The position numbers were made by a program, and so were the translations under genes. Positions 27,501-36,534 of a DNA stretch of 64,000 nt are shown here, piece after piece (position 1 is the stretch's first letter; each line of letters opens with the position of its first letter). Source of the stretch: a virus (taxonomy: Duplodnaviria; Caudoviricetes); IMG/VR virus record IMGVR_UViG_3300017716_003594, positions 3,424 to 67,423 of that record, one strand, 5' to 3'. The notes below the pieces were generated by a model. That model searched no databases and had not been told where the DNA came from. It was given only the letters and a program-made list of their open reading frames with translations.

Positions 27501-27903
27501 CAATGGCAGCGTCAGGCAGCTGCTCTTCCGTTCCGCGGTAGAAGCGGAAGTTGAGACCTTCTTTTGTGCCTTGGCCGGTTCCGGTTTTCTGGGAGTAGAT
27601 AAGCTTGCCATCTGCCCACAGTTGCATGAGCTGCTTGGCTTCGCCTTCCGCAAACGCAATGGCGCAGGTGAGGAAGTAGTTGTAGGTCGTGTTGGTGTTT
27701 GAGACCTTGCCCCCGCCCTTACCCCCGGTCCGCGTTGTCGTAGAGACCTTTTCCTCTTCGATCTCCTTGGCCCAGATGATGTTGCCCTCCAGGCGCGCCG
27801 TCCCAAACGCAATCGGGATGCCCATGCCATAGGCGCTATCGGAAAGCGTACGCGACTCTAGGCGCGGGCCTTCAGAGGAGGTCTTGATATTTGGTGCGCC
27901 CAC
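24535..27903 (-). CDS. Tail tip / central fibre protein (GTA g15-like)
   Basis: SAYGMGIPIAFGTARLEGNIIWA, PAHRGLVYLV, GAN..E.VQW..LSGLLRGRRGT, WQRRTR motifs. Confidence 0.85.
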   Translation of the reverse strand: MGAPNIKTSSEGPRLESRTLSDSAYGMGIPIAFGTARLEGNIIWAKEIEEEKVSTTTRTGGKGGGKVSNTNTTYNYFLTCAIAFAEGEAKQLMQLWADGKLIYSQKTGTGQGTKEGLNFRFYRGTEEQLPDAAIELDRGDAPAHRGLVYLVLERFPLQDFGNRPPAFTAEIAFSDPADDASFFETTALDVSAYGGFTSDDGAFDWQRNRFYCKTDDNSGIYVVQLNTMEIIGKLPLFDLHGVSQVSGKLVGRSGNDDVVVNPVSGGIEVSNSSNNNTSQAVGYSGNVLSLQADDGLYEIFVSRYHFGFGSTFTATWRTHAMGTMTFREELVGLADGGYIKFSAARPGSGLGFYGFIDTTQATIYRLQATRTLTPGPPGPFGLTGSLPGPGGMNRTLIRTLTPANVKAGATTFIWYGPDGWRAVADPVSEGYLIWCVTDLGNHVIKLDRDGNPLWVTDIPSAMDPTFGNATYDSGDRVGGDSWTIVSNTSGDHILKINVSTGEIDSYFDGTQDFGVDVVTSDGTYVWDDASNCLFARNGNNFLRFQIGPRDAVSCTVASIITSLSERVGLVAGTDFDVSDLTGSVNGFILDSATAVKAALEPLSQLFFFDPGERDGKIFYRERGDTPSITITESEFIQKTNDRPEQYEETIKQELELPASVTIGFMDADLDYHPGSVTFKRIQGPTSTVQSYDQEEISAAAALQYTAAKQMAEKIAFTRWMERSEYSFRLHWGRLALEPADVVTVSLDTGFTFRGRFGDLDIGSDFSLESGNLTQENAGQYVSTAVSDGADGNPGSLPVVGPTNVFLIDAPLLTDSDSNTTASRSYWMGANYGQGAWPGALLNRSSDNTAWLEMNQLVDDAAWGVTTAALGDPESVWRTDTVNTIEVSMVTGGDDLASATETEVLNGANAGILLKADGTVEVVQWQTVTVIGNGNYELSGLLRGRRGTDTMAFNHTANETFLVLTDASLGRFSTAHGSLNVDFYYKAPTFGQTFDQAVVTTFEYTGRDLMPYAPTNVTCTDAGGGDVDIAWQRRTRIGGELLDGTGDVPLNEASELYDLEVMDPTFTTVLRTVSNNATTDYTYTNANRITDGTDGDTTLYLRVYQRSATVGRGFTHDWTVEIV

Positions 27904-27906
27904 GTG

Positions 27907-28329
27907 TTAGTCCTCCACGCCGGGGTACTGGAAACACGCAACGGCTTTAGGGAGCCAGAACTGCATCGGGTCTTCGACGACGGCCTTGCGCACCACGTAC
28001 GCGTGCACGATATGGGCTCGACCCAGTTTCTCCGTCACGATGGACGTGTGACAGGGGTACGTGCCCTCGCGCAGCACCAGGATGTCTCCAGGCTTTGCTT
28101 CTGTGATGGGCTTCTGGATGCCACCGCCTTCTTTGAAGTAGTGCAGGAAGGCGCTTCCGTTCGGATGCCGCTGGTAGTCGGTGCGGTCGTACCCGATGAG
28201 TCCGAGATTGTTGCCAACGCAGATGACCAGGCCAGCGCAGTCTACACCATCGCGAGTGCGGCCCTGGTGGACCCACCGCGTTTTGAGGTAGGACCGTGCC
28301 TCCTCTACAATCTGCGCCCGCGTTACCAT
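27907..28329 (-). CDS. NlpC/P60 tail-associated peptidase (GTA g14-like)
   Basis: WVHQGR..GVDCAGLV..PGDILV..CHTSI..IVHAY. Confidence 0.88.
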   Translation of the reverse strand: MVTRAQIVEEARSYLKTRWVHQGRTRDGVDCAGLVICVGNNLGLIGYDRTDYQRHPNGSAFLHYFKEGGGIQKPITEAKPGDILVLREGTYPCHTSIVTEKLGRAHIVHAYVVRKAVVEDPMQFWLPKAVACFQYPGVED

Positions 28330-28337
28330 CTGTCTGC

Positions 28338-29435
28338 CTACTTGGAGTTGGGGTAGCGGCCAAGCCAATCACGGCCAGGCAGGTACGGCTCTCCACGGAA
28401 ATTGATACCATTACCCTCGGCAAAATTGACGCTGCCGCTCAGCAACCACTTTGCCTTGCATGTTGAATATCGTTTGTCGCAGCCCGGATAAACCCTGAGC
28501 CTGTCCCCGACCTGTACGTTGAAGGCCATCGGCATAAACAGGGTGAGAGTGCTTGAAGACTGCACCCAGTCTTTGACCTCCATGGCGGCTCCGTCGTTGT
28601 CTCCGGACTCAAAGACAACGGCTCCACCGTTAAACCAATCGTCGACCGCACGGCTTTCGGTGATGGTCACTGTGAACGTCTGATTGTCCGTGACCGTGGC
28701 TACCACCGCGTGACGTGTCCACGCCTGATAGGCTTTTAGCGTCGCCGTACCGTCAACGGTTGTGTTCCCGGGCGTCTCGTCGTACGTCGGCTGAACGGAA
28801 GCATGGGTTGTGCCTGCTACCGTGCACTCGTATATGCGGTTTTCATACTGGGCTTGGTCCAGGGCGCCAGAGTCAGTGACGACCACATAGAACTCGCCCA
28901 CTGTAAGAGCCAAGGCGCGAGTCAGAACCGTTGGAGCAATAGGAACTTTGCACTTAGAAGACCCAAGATCGACCCGGCATTCCGGCTGGATGCGCTCGCC
29001 TACCTTCTGAGTAAGCGCCTGCTTAAGTCCTCGAAGCTCCGCGGTAAAGCGCCCGGACGGCGACAGACGCACGTCTCCAAGGAAGCCCTTCTTGAGGATG
29101 ATTGTACCCTGACTTGTGTCCTGGTGGTTCACGACCAGGATAGTCAGGCGCGCGCCATTGAACAGTCCGCCCTTCACGTCTGCCATCGGAATAGCCGCGT
29201 CAGAGAAGAAGCCAACGATGTCCAGGTTATCCGTCGAGAAGTCGGCGGAGCATTTGACCGCGGTGCGCTCAAAGCCGGAGGAGCTTATGTACAGGTCCCC
29301 ACTTATGGTGAGGTCCTTATCGTGATCCGTGAAAAAGTACTCCGTGCCGTCGCGCCGGACAATGCTCCAGCACGTTGCCAGGGAGGTGCATTCCTCAAGA
29401 AGATGGGTAGCCAGGCCGGACGGAACTGTACGCAT
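28338..29435 (-). CDS. Baseplate hub protein, DUF2163 (GTA g13-like)
   Basis: TSLATCWSI.RRDG..FFTDHD, AELRGL, GCDK..TCK..NFRGEPYLPG. Confidence 0.88.
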   Translation of the reverse strand: MRTVPSGLATHLLEECTSLATCWSIVRRDGTEYFFTDHDKDLTISGDLYISSSGFERTAVKCSADFSTDNLDIVGFFSDAAIPMADVKGGLFNGARLTILVVNHQDTSQGTIILKKGFLGDVRLSPSGRFTAELRGLKQALTQKVGERIQPECRVDLGSSKCKVPIAPTVLTRALALTVGEFYVVVTDSGALDQAQYENRIYECTVAGTTHASVQPTYDETPGNTTVDGTATLKAYQAWTRHAVVATVTDNQTFTVTITESRAVDDWFNGGAVVFESGDNDGAAMEVKDWVQSSSTLTLFMPMAFNVQVGDRLRVYPGCDKRYSTCKAKWLLSGSVNFAEGNGINFRGEPYLPGRDWLGRYPNSK

Positions 29436-30055
29436 CAGACCACATCCTCGGCCCGCAGCTCAAGGATTTGCAGCGTCGGAATTGCCCCGGCGTCGAAGTG
29501 CTGCAGGGTAATATCGAAGCTGTCCCGCTCGAAACGGACCGGCACGTCGAACTCGCCGGCCCATTCGATCACATGGCCGTTGGTGCCTGGCGTCACAAAT
29601 GTGACGACGCCAGTGTTGTAGTTGATTGAGTAATGGGTCGTCTCGGTCAGGAGGACGTTGTTCCGCCAGATGGACACCGTGCCTTCCACAGGCTTTGTAA
29701 TGGTGCGGGTGTACGAGTAGCCATCGTCGTCTTCATACGTGGCCGTCAGCTGGAAAGTCAGGTCGGCGCCATCCGCCGTCGCAAACTGCTGGCGCGCGAC
29801 TTCAAAGTCCGACCAGTCTTTGAACCGGAACCCAAAGGCCCTGCCTTTGCGGGCGTAGAAGAACTTCAGCACCCTGGTGAAGTCGACCTTGCTCTGGATG
29901 CCATAGGAGATGTCCCACGAGCCACGGGACTGTGACCAGTCCTGGTTACGCTTCTCGGAACCGGACTTCAGGGTCACCACGGTCGTCTTGAACCCGGGAC
30001 CGCCTTGAGCGCCACGCTCCACATCGTCTGGGAGTCTTGCGTCGTGAAAGCTCAT
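29435..30055 (-). CDS. Distal tail protein, DUF2460 (GTA g12-like)
   Basis: FHDARLP..GAQGGPGFKT.V..SG.E.RN..W, GRAFGFRFKDWSD, GEFDVPVRF. Confidence 0.9.
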   Translation of the reverse strand: MSFHDARLPDDVERGAQGGPGFKTTVVTLKSGSEKRNQDWSQSRGSWDISYGIQSKVDFTRVLKFFYARKGRAFGFRFKDWSDFEVARQQFATADGADLTFQLTATYEDDDGYSYTRTITKPVEGTVSIWRNNVLLTETTHYSINYNTGVVTFVTPGTNGHVIEWAGEFDVPVRFERDSFDITLQHFDAGAIPTLQILELRAEDVV

Positions 30056-30057
30056 GG

Positions 30058-33000
30058 TTATCTCCTACTGTTGGCGCGGCGCAGACGGCCTTCCGCTCGA
30101 GCGTCCATCTGGCCTTTGGAGGCATTGAAGGAGTCGGCGTCGGGAGTCTGAACATTCCACGTATTGTTGATGACTGTACGCCCTTGTCCGACGTCTTCAC
30201 CCCGGTTGATGGCTTCAAGCGTGCCACGGTTGGCCTTGGTGGCGGCAGCGTTGACTACAAACTCTCCATTGGACAGGCGCTTGTTGCCAGCCAGGATGGA
30301 GTCCGTGCGCGATCCGCCAGCGCCTTGAACCAGGCCACCGTTCATGTAGCCTCCGGTCGGAGTCGAGCGGATTGGGGCAACGTTGGCAAGACCCGCAACA
30401 ATAGCAGCCGCTGCAGCCGCGGCGCCGAGCGCCGGACCAACATACGGAATACTGGCCATGGCTGCATAAGCCGCGTTGGCCGCCTGGTAGGTGTTGACCA
30501 GGGCTTGAGCAACGGCGGCGGCTTTGCCGATGGCGGCAATCCTGGAGTTCCCTGACTTCTGCAGCTCAGCCAGTGATCCAAAGAACTGGTCCGCTTTGTC
30601 CAGTTGTTGCTTCTGGACGTTCTCGCGGATTTTCTGGATGGCGTCTTGCGCCTCGGCTTCGCTGATGACGTTCTTATCCCGGAGCTCTTTGACCCGGTCG
30701 TAGAGCTTCTGCTCGTTTTCCAGGTAGAACGTGGACGCATCGGTATAGCGGATAGCCGCGTCGACCGCCGAGTTGATGGCGTTGATGTTGGCGTTCTGCA
30801 GTTCCAGTTTCTGCCGGAGTATCTCGTTGCCTTCCACGTCCACCATTATCTTCTGGCGTTCGGCTTCGGACAGACGACCCTGGCTCTCAATCTCCTGCTC
30901 GGTCAGGCCGAGGTTCGACTGGCGACGGTTATCCCGCAGCTGCTTCTCGATCTGCATCACAGCCAGGGCGCCAGCACGCTGTTCTTCCGTCAGGCCGATG
31001 GCAATACGCTCCTGCTCGAGGTCGCGGATAGCTCCACCAACCAGAGCCGCACGCGCGCTGGCCAGGTCCGTAAGGGCTTTGGTGCGGCGCTCTTCTGCGT
31101 CGGCAGCGTCCTTGGTTGCCTGCGTTGCAGCGTCTTCCGCGGCCTCCAGGGCGTTTTTCTGGATGACCAGACCGGCAATGACCTGACCCTACGCCGAGTA
31201 CCGATCGGTAAGGGGGTTGAGCCCCTGGGAAATAAGCTCGGCGGCAATATCCCGCTCGTCGCCCTGAGCAATGCCAAGCAGCAGGACTTGATCCCGCAGC
31301 TTCTGGATAGCTTCCGCCTGGCGCTCCCGCGCCTTCTTGGCTTCGTCCGCAGCAGCTTCGGCGGCGTTCAGGCGATAGACCTGAGACACCAGGTCCTTGA
31401 TGCGCTGCGCCGTATCCGTGGCGCCGTCTTTGACCGGGTCCAGACCGGCAGCCAGGAGCGCAGCCATCTGCTCGCGCGCGAGTCCGGCAGGAGTGCGGAG
31501 AGTTGCCAGCTCCTCTGCCAGGCTCTTGATGGCCTTCTCTGAAGACTTCACGGCCTCTTCGCCGCCGCTCAGGACCTGAGCACCACGGTCCAGTTCATTC
31601 ACGAACGCCGTCAGAGGTGCGGCTTTGAGGGTGTCAATCCTAGTTTGCAGGTCAGTCAGGGTGGCTTTGTACCCCTGCAGCGCTGTCACCGCGCTGTCAA
31701 TGGTCTGCTGGGTCTGGTTGCCGCCAGTGAAGAAGTCAACAATTTGCTGGCCGCCGGAAGAGTTCAGGTCGCTCTGGGTCTGTTTGATGAGGCCTGCACG
31801 CTCCGCCTGCACTCGCTCCAGTTCCTGAGTGAGTTCGTCCAGCTTTGCCACCTGACGCGCACGTGCAAGGCCCAGAATGGCTCCGGTAAGGCCATCTACC
31901 TCGGTGCGAGTATCACCCAGCGCTGTCTGCGCTTTCTGCGCTTCGCTAGGCAGGTCCTTGAAGAGCGTGATCCCGTTGATCTCGGCAATGCTTTCGTTCA
32001 CGTTCTCGATGACCGTGCGGCTACGTTCCGCCGTCTTGTTCATCGTTTCGATGGCTGCGGTGGCCCGTTCAACAGCTCCCTGGAAGGACAGGAAGCCGGC
32101 GGTCACAACGCCAAGGGTGATGAGCAGGATACCAAGCGGTCCGCCTGCCAGAGTGAAGGCAACGTTGAGGAGACGCCCGGTTGCAGTGCCAACGGCGCCA
32201 AGAGTGAACAGGGCCGCAGAGCCTGCGCCGGAAGTGACTCCGACCAGGGCGATTGACGCTGCAACGGCCCTAAGCGAGGGAACAACGCTTCCAATTGCCG
32301 TCTGAGCCAGCGCAACCATTGCGACCACCAGGCGGGACGCAATAACGACCGCAATGACCCCCAGTATGTTCGCCATGGTCTGGAGGTTGTCAGACAGGAA
32401 GATGATCGCCTGACCAAGCGATCGCGTGATGCCGAGCGACGAGTCTGCCTCGCCAACGAACTTGGTGAAGTTGTTGGTTGCAACCTCGAGCGACTGGCTC
32501 AGGGTCGGAACAGTCTTGGCAAAGCCTTCATCGACCGACTTCTCGGCCTGCTTAAAGGCGGACAGGATAATCTCTGCCGTGATCTTGCCTTCGGCGCCAA
32601 GGGCCCGCAGCTCTCCGCGTGTGACCCCCATACCTTTGGCGATAATGTCTGCGACAACAGGAAGCTGCTCGAGGACGGACCGAAGTTCGTCGCCGCGCAG
32701 GGCCCCGGACGCCATACCCTGAGACAGCTGGACCAGTGCAGCCGAAGCTTCCTGGGCGGTAGCGCCAGACAGGATGATCGCCTTGTTAAGGGTCTCCGTA
32801 AACTGGATGAGCTGGTTCTGAGAGACTCCGAGCTGCTTTGCGTTGGTGGCCAGACGGGCATAAAGTTCGGCCGTGGCCTCAAACGACCCGCGCGAGCGCT
32901 GGGCGACGGCGAACAGTTTCTCCGTCACAATGCTGAGTTCCGCCTGTCCAGACGTGACAGTGCGCAGGCGGTTCTGAATGCGGGTGTAGCTTTCGGCCAG

Positions 33001-33174
33001 GTCGGTAAGGCCACGAACCAGAAGCCCGACGCCGATACCTGCAAAAGTCCCCTGGATCAGGTTGCGGGTACGATCCGCCGCTGCAGAAACGCCTTGCAGC
33101 TCCTGCTTGACCTGCTGTGCCCCGGCCTTTACGTTGGACGGGTCCAGTTGGACTTTGATGTTGTAGATGGCCAC
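30058..33174 (-). CDS. Tape measure protein (1038 codons) interrupted by one in-frame TAG at 31189-31191
   Basis: N-terminal tape-measure domain (QLSQGMASGALRGDELRSVLEQLP) and C-terminal GGLVQGAGGSRTDSI..SNGEFVVNA lie in one frame separated only by that TAG. Confidence 0.85.
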
Positions 33175-33189
33175 GGGGTGAGTCGCCCC

Positions 33190-33576
33190 TTACTTTCGTT
33201 TGCGTTGGACCGGTCCAGTGTCAGGCGCTGGCGTAGCTGCCTGGGTCTTCTTCGCCTCGTCTGAGTTCCATTGAACGTACTCTGCGTCCATGGCTCTGAT
33301 GACAGTGACGAACGGTGCGAGCATATCGTCGTCGAGACCGAAGCGCAACCCATACTCGATGATGGCAGTCCAAGGAATTGGCCCCAGACCGCCACTGAAG
33401 GAGCGGCAGGTGCTCAATTCCCAGAACGCTTCAAGGTAGAAAGTATCCCCTGGAAGAAGCTCAGGCTCCTCCAGAAACCAGTCGGGGAGGCGGCGGCCTT
33501 TACGCTCTGCCGCCTCCACCGAGAACCCGTCACGCCGGAGCCTTAGCTCCCACGCGAGACGGGCGGCTAGTTTTTT
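33190..33576 (-). CDS. Tail assembly chaperone, -1 frameshifted C-terminal extension (GT product)
   Basis: The -1 frame is open from the slippery site: KKLAARLAWEL..FYLEAFWELSTCR..IPWTAI..VIRAMD.EY. Confidence 0.8.
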   Translation of the reverse strand, partial: KKLAARLAWELRLRRDGFSVEAAERKGRRLPDWFLEEPELLPGDTFYLEAFWELSTCRSFSGGLGPIPWTAIIEYGLRFGLDDDMLAPFVTVIRAMDAEYVQWNSDEAKKTQAATPAPDTGPVQRKRK

Positions 33577-34013
33577 CCGTGCTGTTCCGTCGTTGTGACG
33601 TCCAGGCCGTCGGAGAAGTTCGTCGGCGTTCCGCAAAAGTTGCGGAGGTCATCAAAGATGAAGTTGTCGATGGCGCCCAGGAAGTCCGCGCAGTCAGCCT
33701 GGGTGAACGGAACGTCCTGGCCGTCTTCGCCGACGACGTCGCGCCAGCCGGTGATGATGTGAACCGGGTAGAGCTCGCGGTCCTCGTTGCGGTTCTCGGC
33801 GATGGTGGCGGCGTCGATGCGTCCAGCCTGGACCTTGCGCTGCAGACGAGCGGAGCGCTTGAGCAGGGCATTGAAGTAGCCCTTGTTGATCTCGCTGGCC
33901 GGTTTCACGATCAGGGTGGGGCTCTTGCCGTTCACAGTGATCTGGTGCAGGACGTACTCGACGGTCTTCTCTGCCGTCAGGTTTGCCTTGGCGATGTGGC
34001 CGAACTTACTCAT
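33567..34013 (-). CDS. Tail assembly chaperone (G product)
   Basis: SD AGGAG; lies between major tail and tape measure genes; ends GGA AAA AAC TAG. Confidence 0.85.
   Translation of the reverse strand: MSKFGHIAKANLTAEKTVEYVLHQITVNGKSPTLIVKPASEINKGYFNALLKRSARLQRKVQAGRIDAATIAENRNEDRELYPVHIITGWRDVVGEDGQDVPFTQADCADFLGAIDNFIFDDLRNFCGTPTNFSDGLDVTTTEQHGKN
33570..33576 (-). other. -1 programmed ribosomal frameshift site A AAA AAC
   Basis: X XXY YYZ heptamer directly before the stop of the chaperone gene. Confidence 0.85.
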
Positions 34014-34099
34014 GTGGTCTGTCTCTCCTGGACTGATGACGGGACGCGCCCGTATGGTCCGGTCAGAATGCACCGGCTCCCCGGCCTAGAACACCCCCG

Positions 34100-34128
34100 T
34101 TTACATCCCCTTCAATCCGGCGTATAAT
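34100..34128 (+). promoter_or_regulatory. Sigma70-type promoter
   Basis: TTTACA-N17-TATAAT. Confidence 0.75.
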
Positions 34129-34173
34129 GAGCCATGGCCAGTTCCGGTCATGATGTTTGAAATGGAGACAGTT

Positions 34174-34452
34174 ATGGCGAAAGCCACAGGAGACCAGGGC
34201 TCGGAAGAGCGAGTCTGGATCGAGCTTGAGTACCCCAAGGGCGGCGACGACGCTCTCGGTGAAAAACGGGCGAACCTGGCTAACAAGATGCTCGACCGTT
34301 TGGGCTTGCCGAGCGAACCGCCCTGCAAGACCTTCTGGTGGAACAAGCGGAAGAAGTGCTACTGCGTTACGATCGATGTGGCCGGCGGGTTTATGGAATG
34401 CGCTGACCATGGGCACTGGTTCCGCCTCTCGCACCTTGGAAGAGACTCGTAG
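34174..34452 (+). CDS. Hypothetical protein (insert in the tail operon)
   Basis: SD GGAGA before ATG 34174; opposite strand to the flanking tail genes. Confidence 0.7.
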   Translation: MAKATGDQGSEERVWIELEYPKGGDDALGEKRANLANKMLDRLGLPSEPPCKTFWWNKRKKCYCVTIDVAGGFMECADHGHWFRLSHLGRDS

Positions 34453-34513
34453 CAATTCGTGATCGGCAAACGCTGGGAACGCTGTGTACTTTACAGTGGG
34501 CCCAGCGTATGCT
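34448..34513 (+). promoter_or_regulatory. Repeated early-type promoter, copy 3
   Basis: CGTAGCAAT-N28-TGTACT-N17-TATGCT, followed by the leader TTCTTCATCAGCAACGGAGAC also found at 18546-18566 (minus strand). Confidence 0.75.
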
Positions 34514-34539
34514 TTCTTCATCAGCAACGGAGACACCCC

Positions 34540-34725
34540 ATGCTTATCTACGACGTCCCGACCAACCAACTTGAGGCGCGTCTTGAAGCCAAGCGCGCGG
34601 AGGTCAAGCAGACGACCGACCCAGTCCAAAAGTTCCGGATTGCCTCGGACTGTTCTGTGATCGTCTCCGCCATCTCGTGGCGGAAGAAGTGGGTCGACAA
34701 CAAGGAGGCACCCAATGGGAATTGA
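34540..34725 (+). CDS. Small hypothetical protein
   Basis: SD GGAGA; first gene after promoter copy 3. Confidence 0.7.
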   Translation: MLIYDVPTNQLEARLEAKRAEVKQTTDPVQKFRIASDCSVIVSAISWRKKWVDNKEAPNGN

Positions 34726-34903
34726 AGAACTATTGATGATCGAACCGCCGCCAAAGCCATGGGTTGTCGTGTCAAACGGCAAGCCCGTCGGCTACGGCGA
34801 CACCCACGACGAGGCCTATGTCCACACCAAGGGCCTCAAGTTTTGGGCGATGTGGGACTGTACAGACCCCAAGAAGCCAAGGTTTGCAGGCGCTAGGGCG
34901 TAA
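34715..34903 (+). CDS. Small hypothetical protein
   Basis: SD AAGGAGG. Confidence 0.65.
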   Translation: MGIEELLMIEPPPKPWVVVSNGKPVGYGDTHDEAYVHTKGLKFWAMWDCTDPKKPRFAGARA

Positions 34904-34907
34904 CGAG

Positions 34908-34940
34908 GAAGGCCCGTGGATTGCTCCACGGGCCTTCTTG
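34908..34940. terminator. Terminator between convergent units
   Basis: Perfect 13-bp stem GAAGGCCCGTGGA-TTGC-TCCACGGGCCTTC followed by TTG. Confidence 0.75.
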
Positions 34941-34968
34941 TCGTACTCTACAGAGTAGCGCGGTGGGC

Positions 34969-36519
34969 TTAGCCCAGACCGCCCGGGAAGATCGAGACGC
35001 CGATGGACGAGCCGAAGGTCGCATCGCCGAAGGCTTGCGCCGTCGTGTTGATGAGAACCGACTCGTTGACGGGGAACTCCCGGTCGCCGCCGCCAAGCGT
35101 CAGCGAGGGAATATCCACAGCAATCACGCCGTCATCGTTCCGCAGGATGAAGTCCATCGTGCAGGTTTCGTTGGCGCGAACCTTGTCGATCACCGCCGAG
35201 TTGGTGAAGACCAGCTGAGCTTCGACGTCAATCTCGAAGTTGCCCGTGTTGATGAACGCCGCGCCGAGCTGGCCGAGGACTTTCTCGGGGCTCACGTTGT
35301 TGTTCATGGACAGGGTCAGCGACTTGAAGTCGGTCGACAGTCCAGTCTCGTCAGCTTCCTGGAAGCGGAGGCGAGCAATGTCCGAGCTCGTGTTGAACGC
35401 GCCGGTTTGCAGGGGTTCGGCCGCAGCGGAAGCGCCAGTCTTGCGCGAACCAGACTCGACCGGGTTTTCCGTGTCAGTGCCGATGAAGGCAAAGCCGACC
35501 GTTGCCTTGTCCGTCAGGGGCAGGTTGAACGACGCCGTGTTGGCGTAGTTGCCCATGGCGTACTGGGACATGTCGGCGCCAGGCGTCTGGGACAGGTTCG
35601 GGTATTCCACTTCGAAGTGGAACGACCGCTCCAGGTATTCCGACGAGCTGACGGCGACGTTGCGGATGTACTTCCCGAACAGAATGTCCAGGGTGGACGG
35701 GATCGTCGGGGAAGCAATCGCCAGGGTCGTATCGACCTTGTCGCAAATCAGGGTCGACGCCGACACCGAGCGGATACGCGCAAAGCCATACTGGTCGTTG
35801 GCAACGCTGTCCTGGAGCGCATTTTGACGGGCGCCGGCAGTGTTGTACGAACCAATGTGGATAAACTGGCCAGCAGTCAGTCCGGCCGTGGCAAAGGAGC
35901 CAACCGCCGAGACAATCGTGAGAAGACCGGCCGAGTAGGAGATGGTCAGGTCGGTCACGGCGTCCAGGAAGCGGAGACCGGCCAGCTCGAGCTGGGCATT
36001 GGTCGGCGACTCGTCAGCCAGGGCAGAGGTCACGGAGATGGCAGTGGCCGAGGTGGCCGGGTCCGCGTTGACTTCGTGCAGGCCATTGTTGGCGGTGTTC
36101 GTGAAGCCGCGCGCATGGATGAGCGAAGCAAACTCCGTGGCGGAGTAGCGGATTTTGACGGCCGCGGTAGCAGATAGCGCCGGGACAGTGAAGTCGTCGG
36201 TCGACGCAGTGGCTGCCGACGGGATGATGTCGCACTCCGAGTTGACCGCCGTCGAGAAGCAGAAGCCCTCGATGAAGTCGCGGAAAGCGCTCATGGTCAG
36301 GTCGTGCTCGAACTCGACGGAGGAGTCGAGGTCGGTCACAGTGCCCTTGCGGCGCTGGCGGTTCTTGCTGATCGGCGTACGGGCAACGGTCGTGATCGTT
36401 GCGCCGAAGGCGCCCATGCTGTTCGGTTCAAGCAGCTTCCAGCCGGAAGTTGCGGGGGTTTCCAGCGCCGTCTCGACGACGTAGCTGAGGCTGAGGTTGT
36501 TGGTCAGGACGCGACCCAT
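34969..36519 (-). CDS. Major tail tube protein
   Basis: R.PISKNRQRRKG.VTDLDS, LSMNNN..GNFEI, position upstream of the chaperone. Confidence 0.85.
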   Translation of the reverse strand: MGRVLTNNLSLSYVVETALETPATSGWKLLEPNSMGAFGATITTVARTPISKNRQRRKGTVTDLDSSVEFEHDLTMSAFRDFIEGFCFSTAVNSECDIIPSAATASTDDFTVPALSATAAVKIRYSATEFASLIHARGFTNTANNGLHEVNADPATSATAISVTSALADESPTNAQLELAGLRFLDAVTDLTISYSAGLLTIVSAVGSFATAGLTAGQFIHIGSYNTAGARQNALQDSVANDQYGFARIRSVSASTLICDKVDTTLAIASPTIPSTLDILFGKYIRNVAVSSSEYLERSFHFEVEYPNLSQTPGADMSQYAMGNYANTASFNLPLTDKATVGFAFIGTDTENPVESGSRKTGASAAAEPLQTGAFNTSSDIARLRFQEADETGLSTDFKSLTLSMNNNVSPEKVLGQLGAAFINTGNFEIDVEAQLVFTNSAVIDKVRANETCTMDFILRNDDGVIAVDIPSLTLGGGDREFPVNESVLINTTAQAFGDATFGSSIGVSIFPGGLG

Positions 36520-36534
36520 GGGGAGTCTCCTTGG

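Noticed and set aside
31160-31191. TAG GGT CAG context resembling gammaretroviral readthrough signals
   Set aside because: That mechanism is eukaryotic and needs a downstream pseudoknot that I could not identify; likely coincidence.
30058-33174. Genome-wide TAG reassignment (alternative genetic code)
   Set aside because: TAG terminates several genes that are immediately followed by SD/start signals, only one internal TAG was found, and there is no suppressor tRNA in the window.
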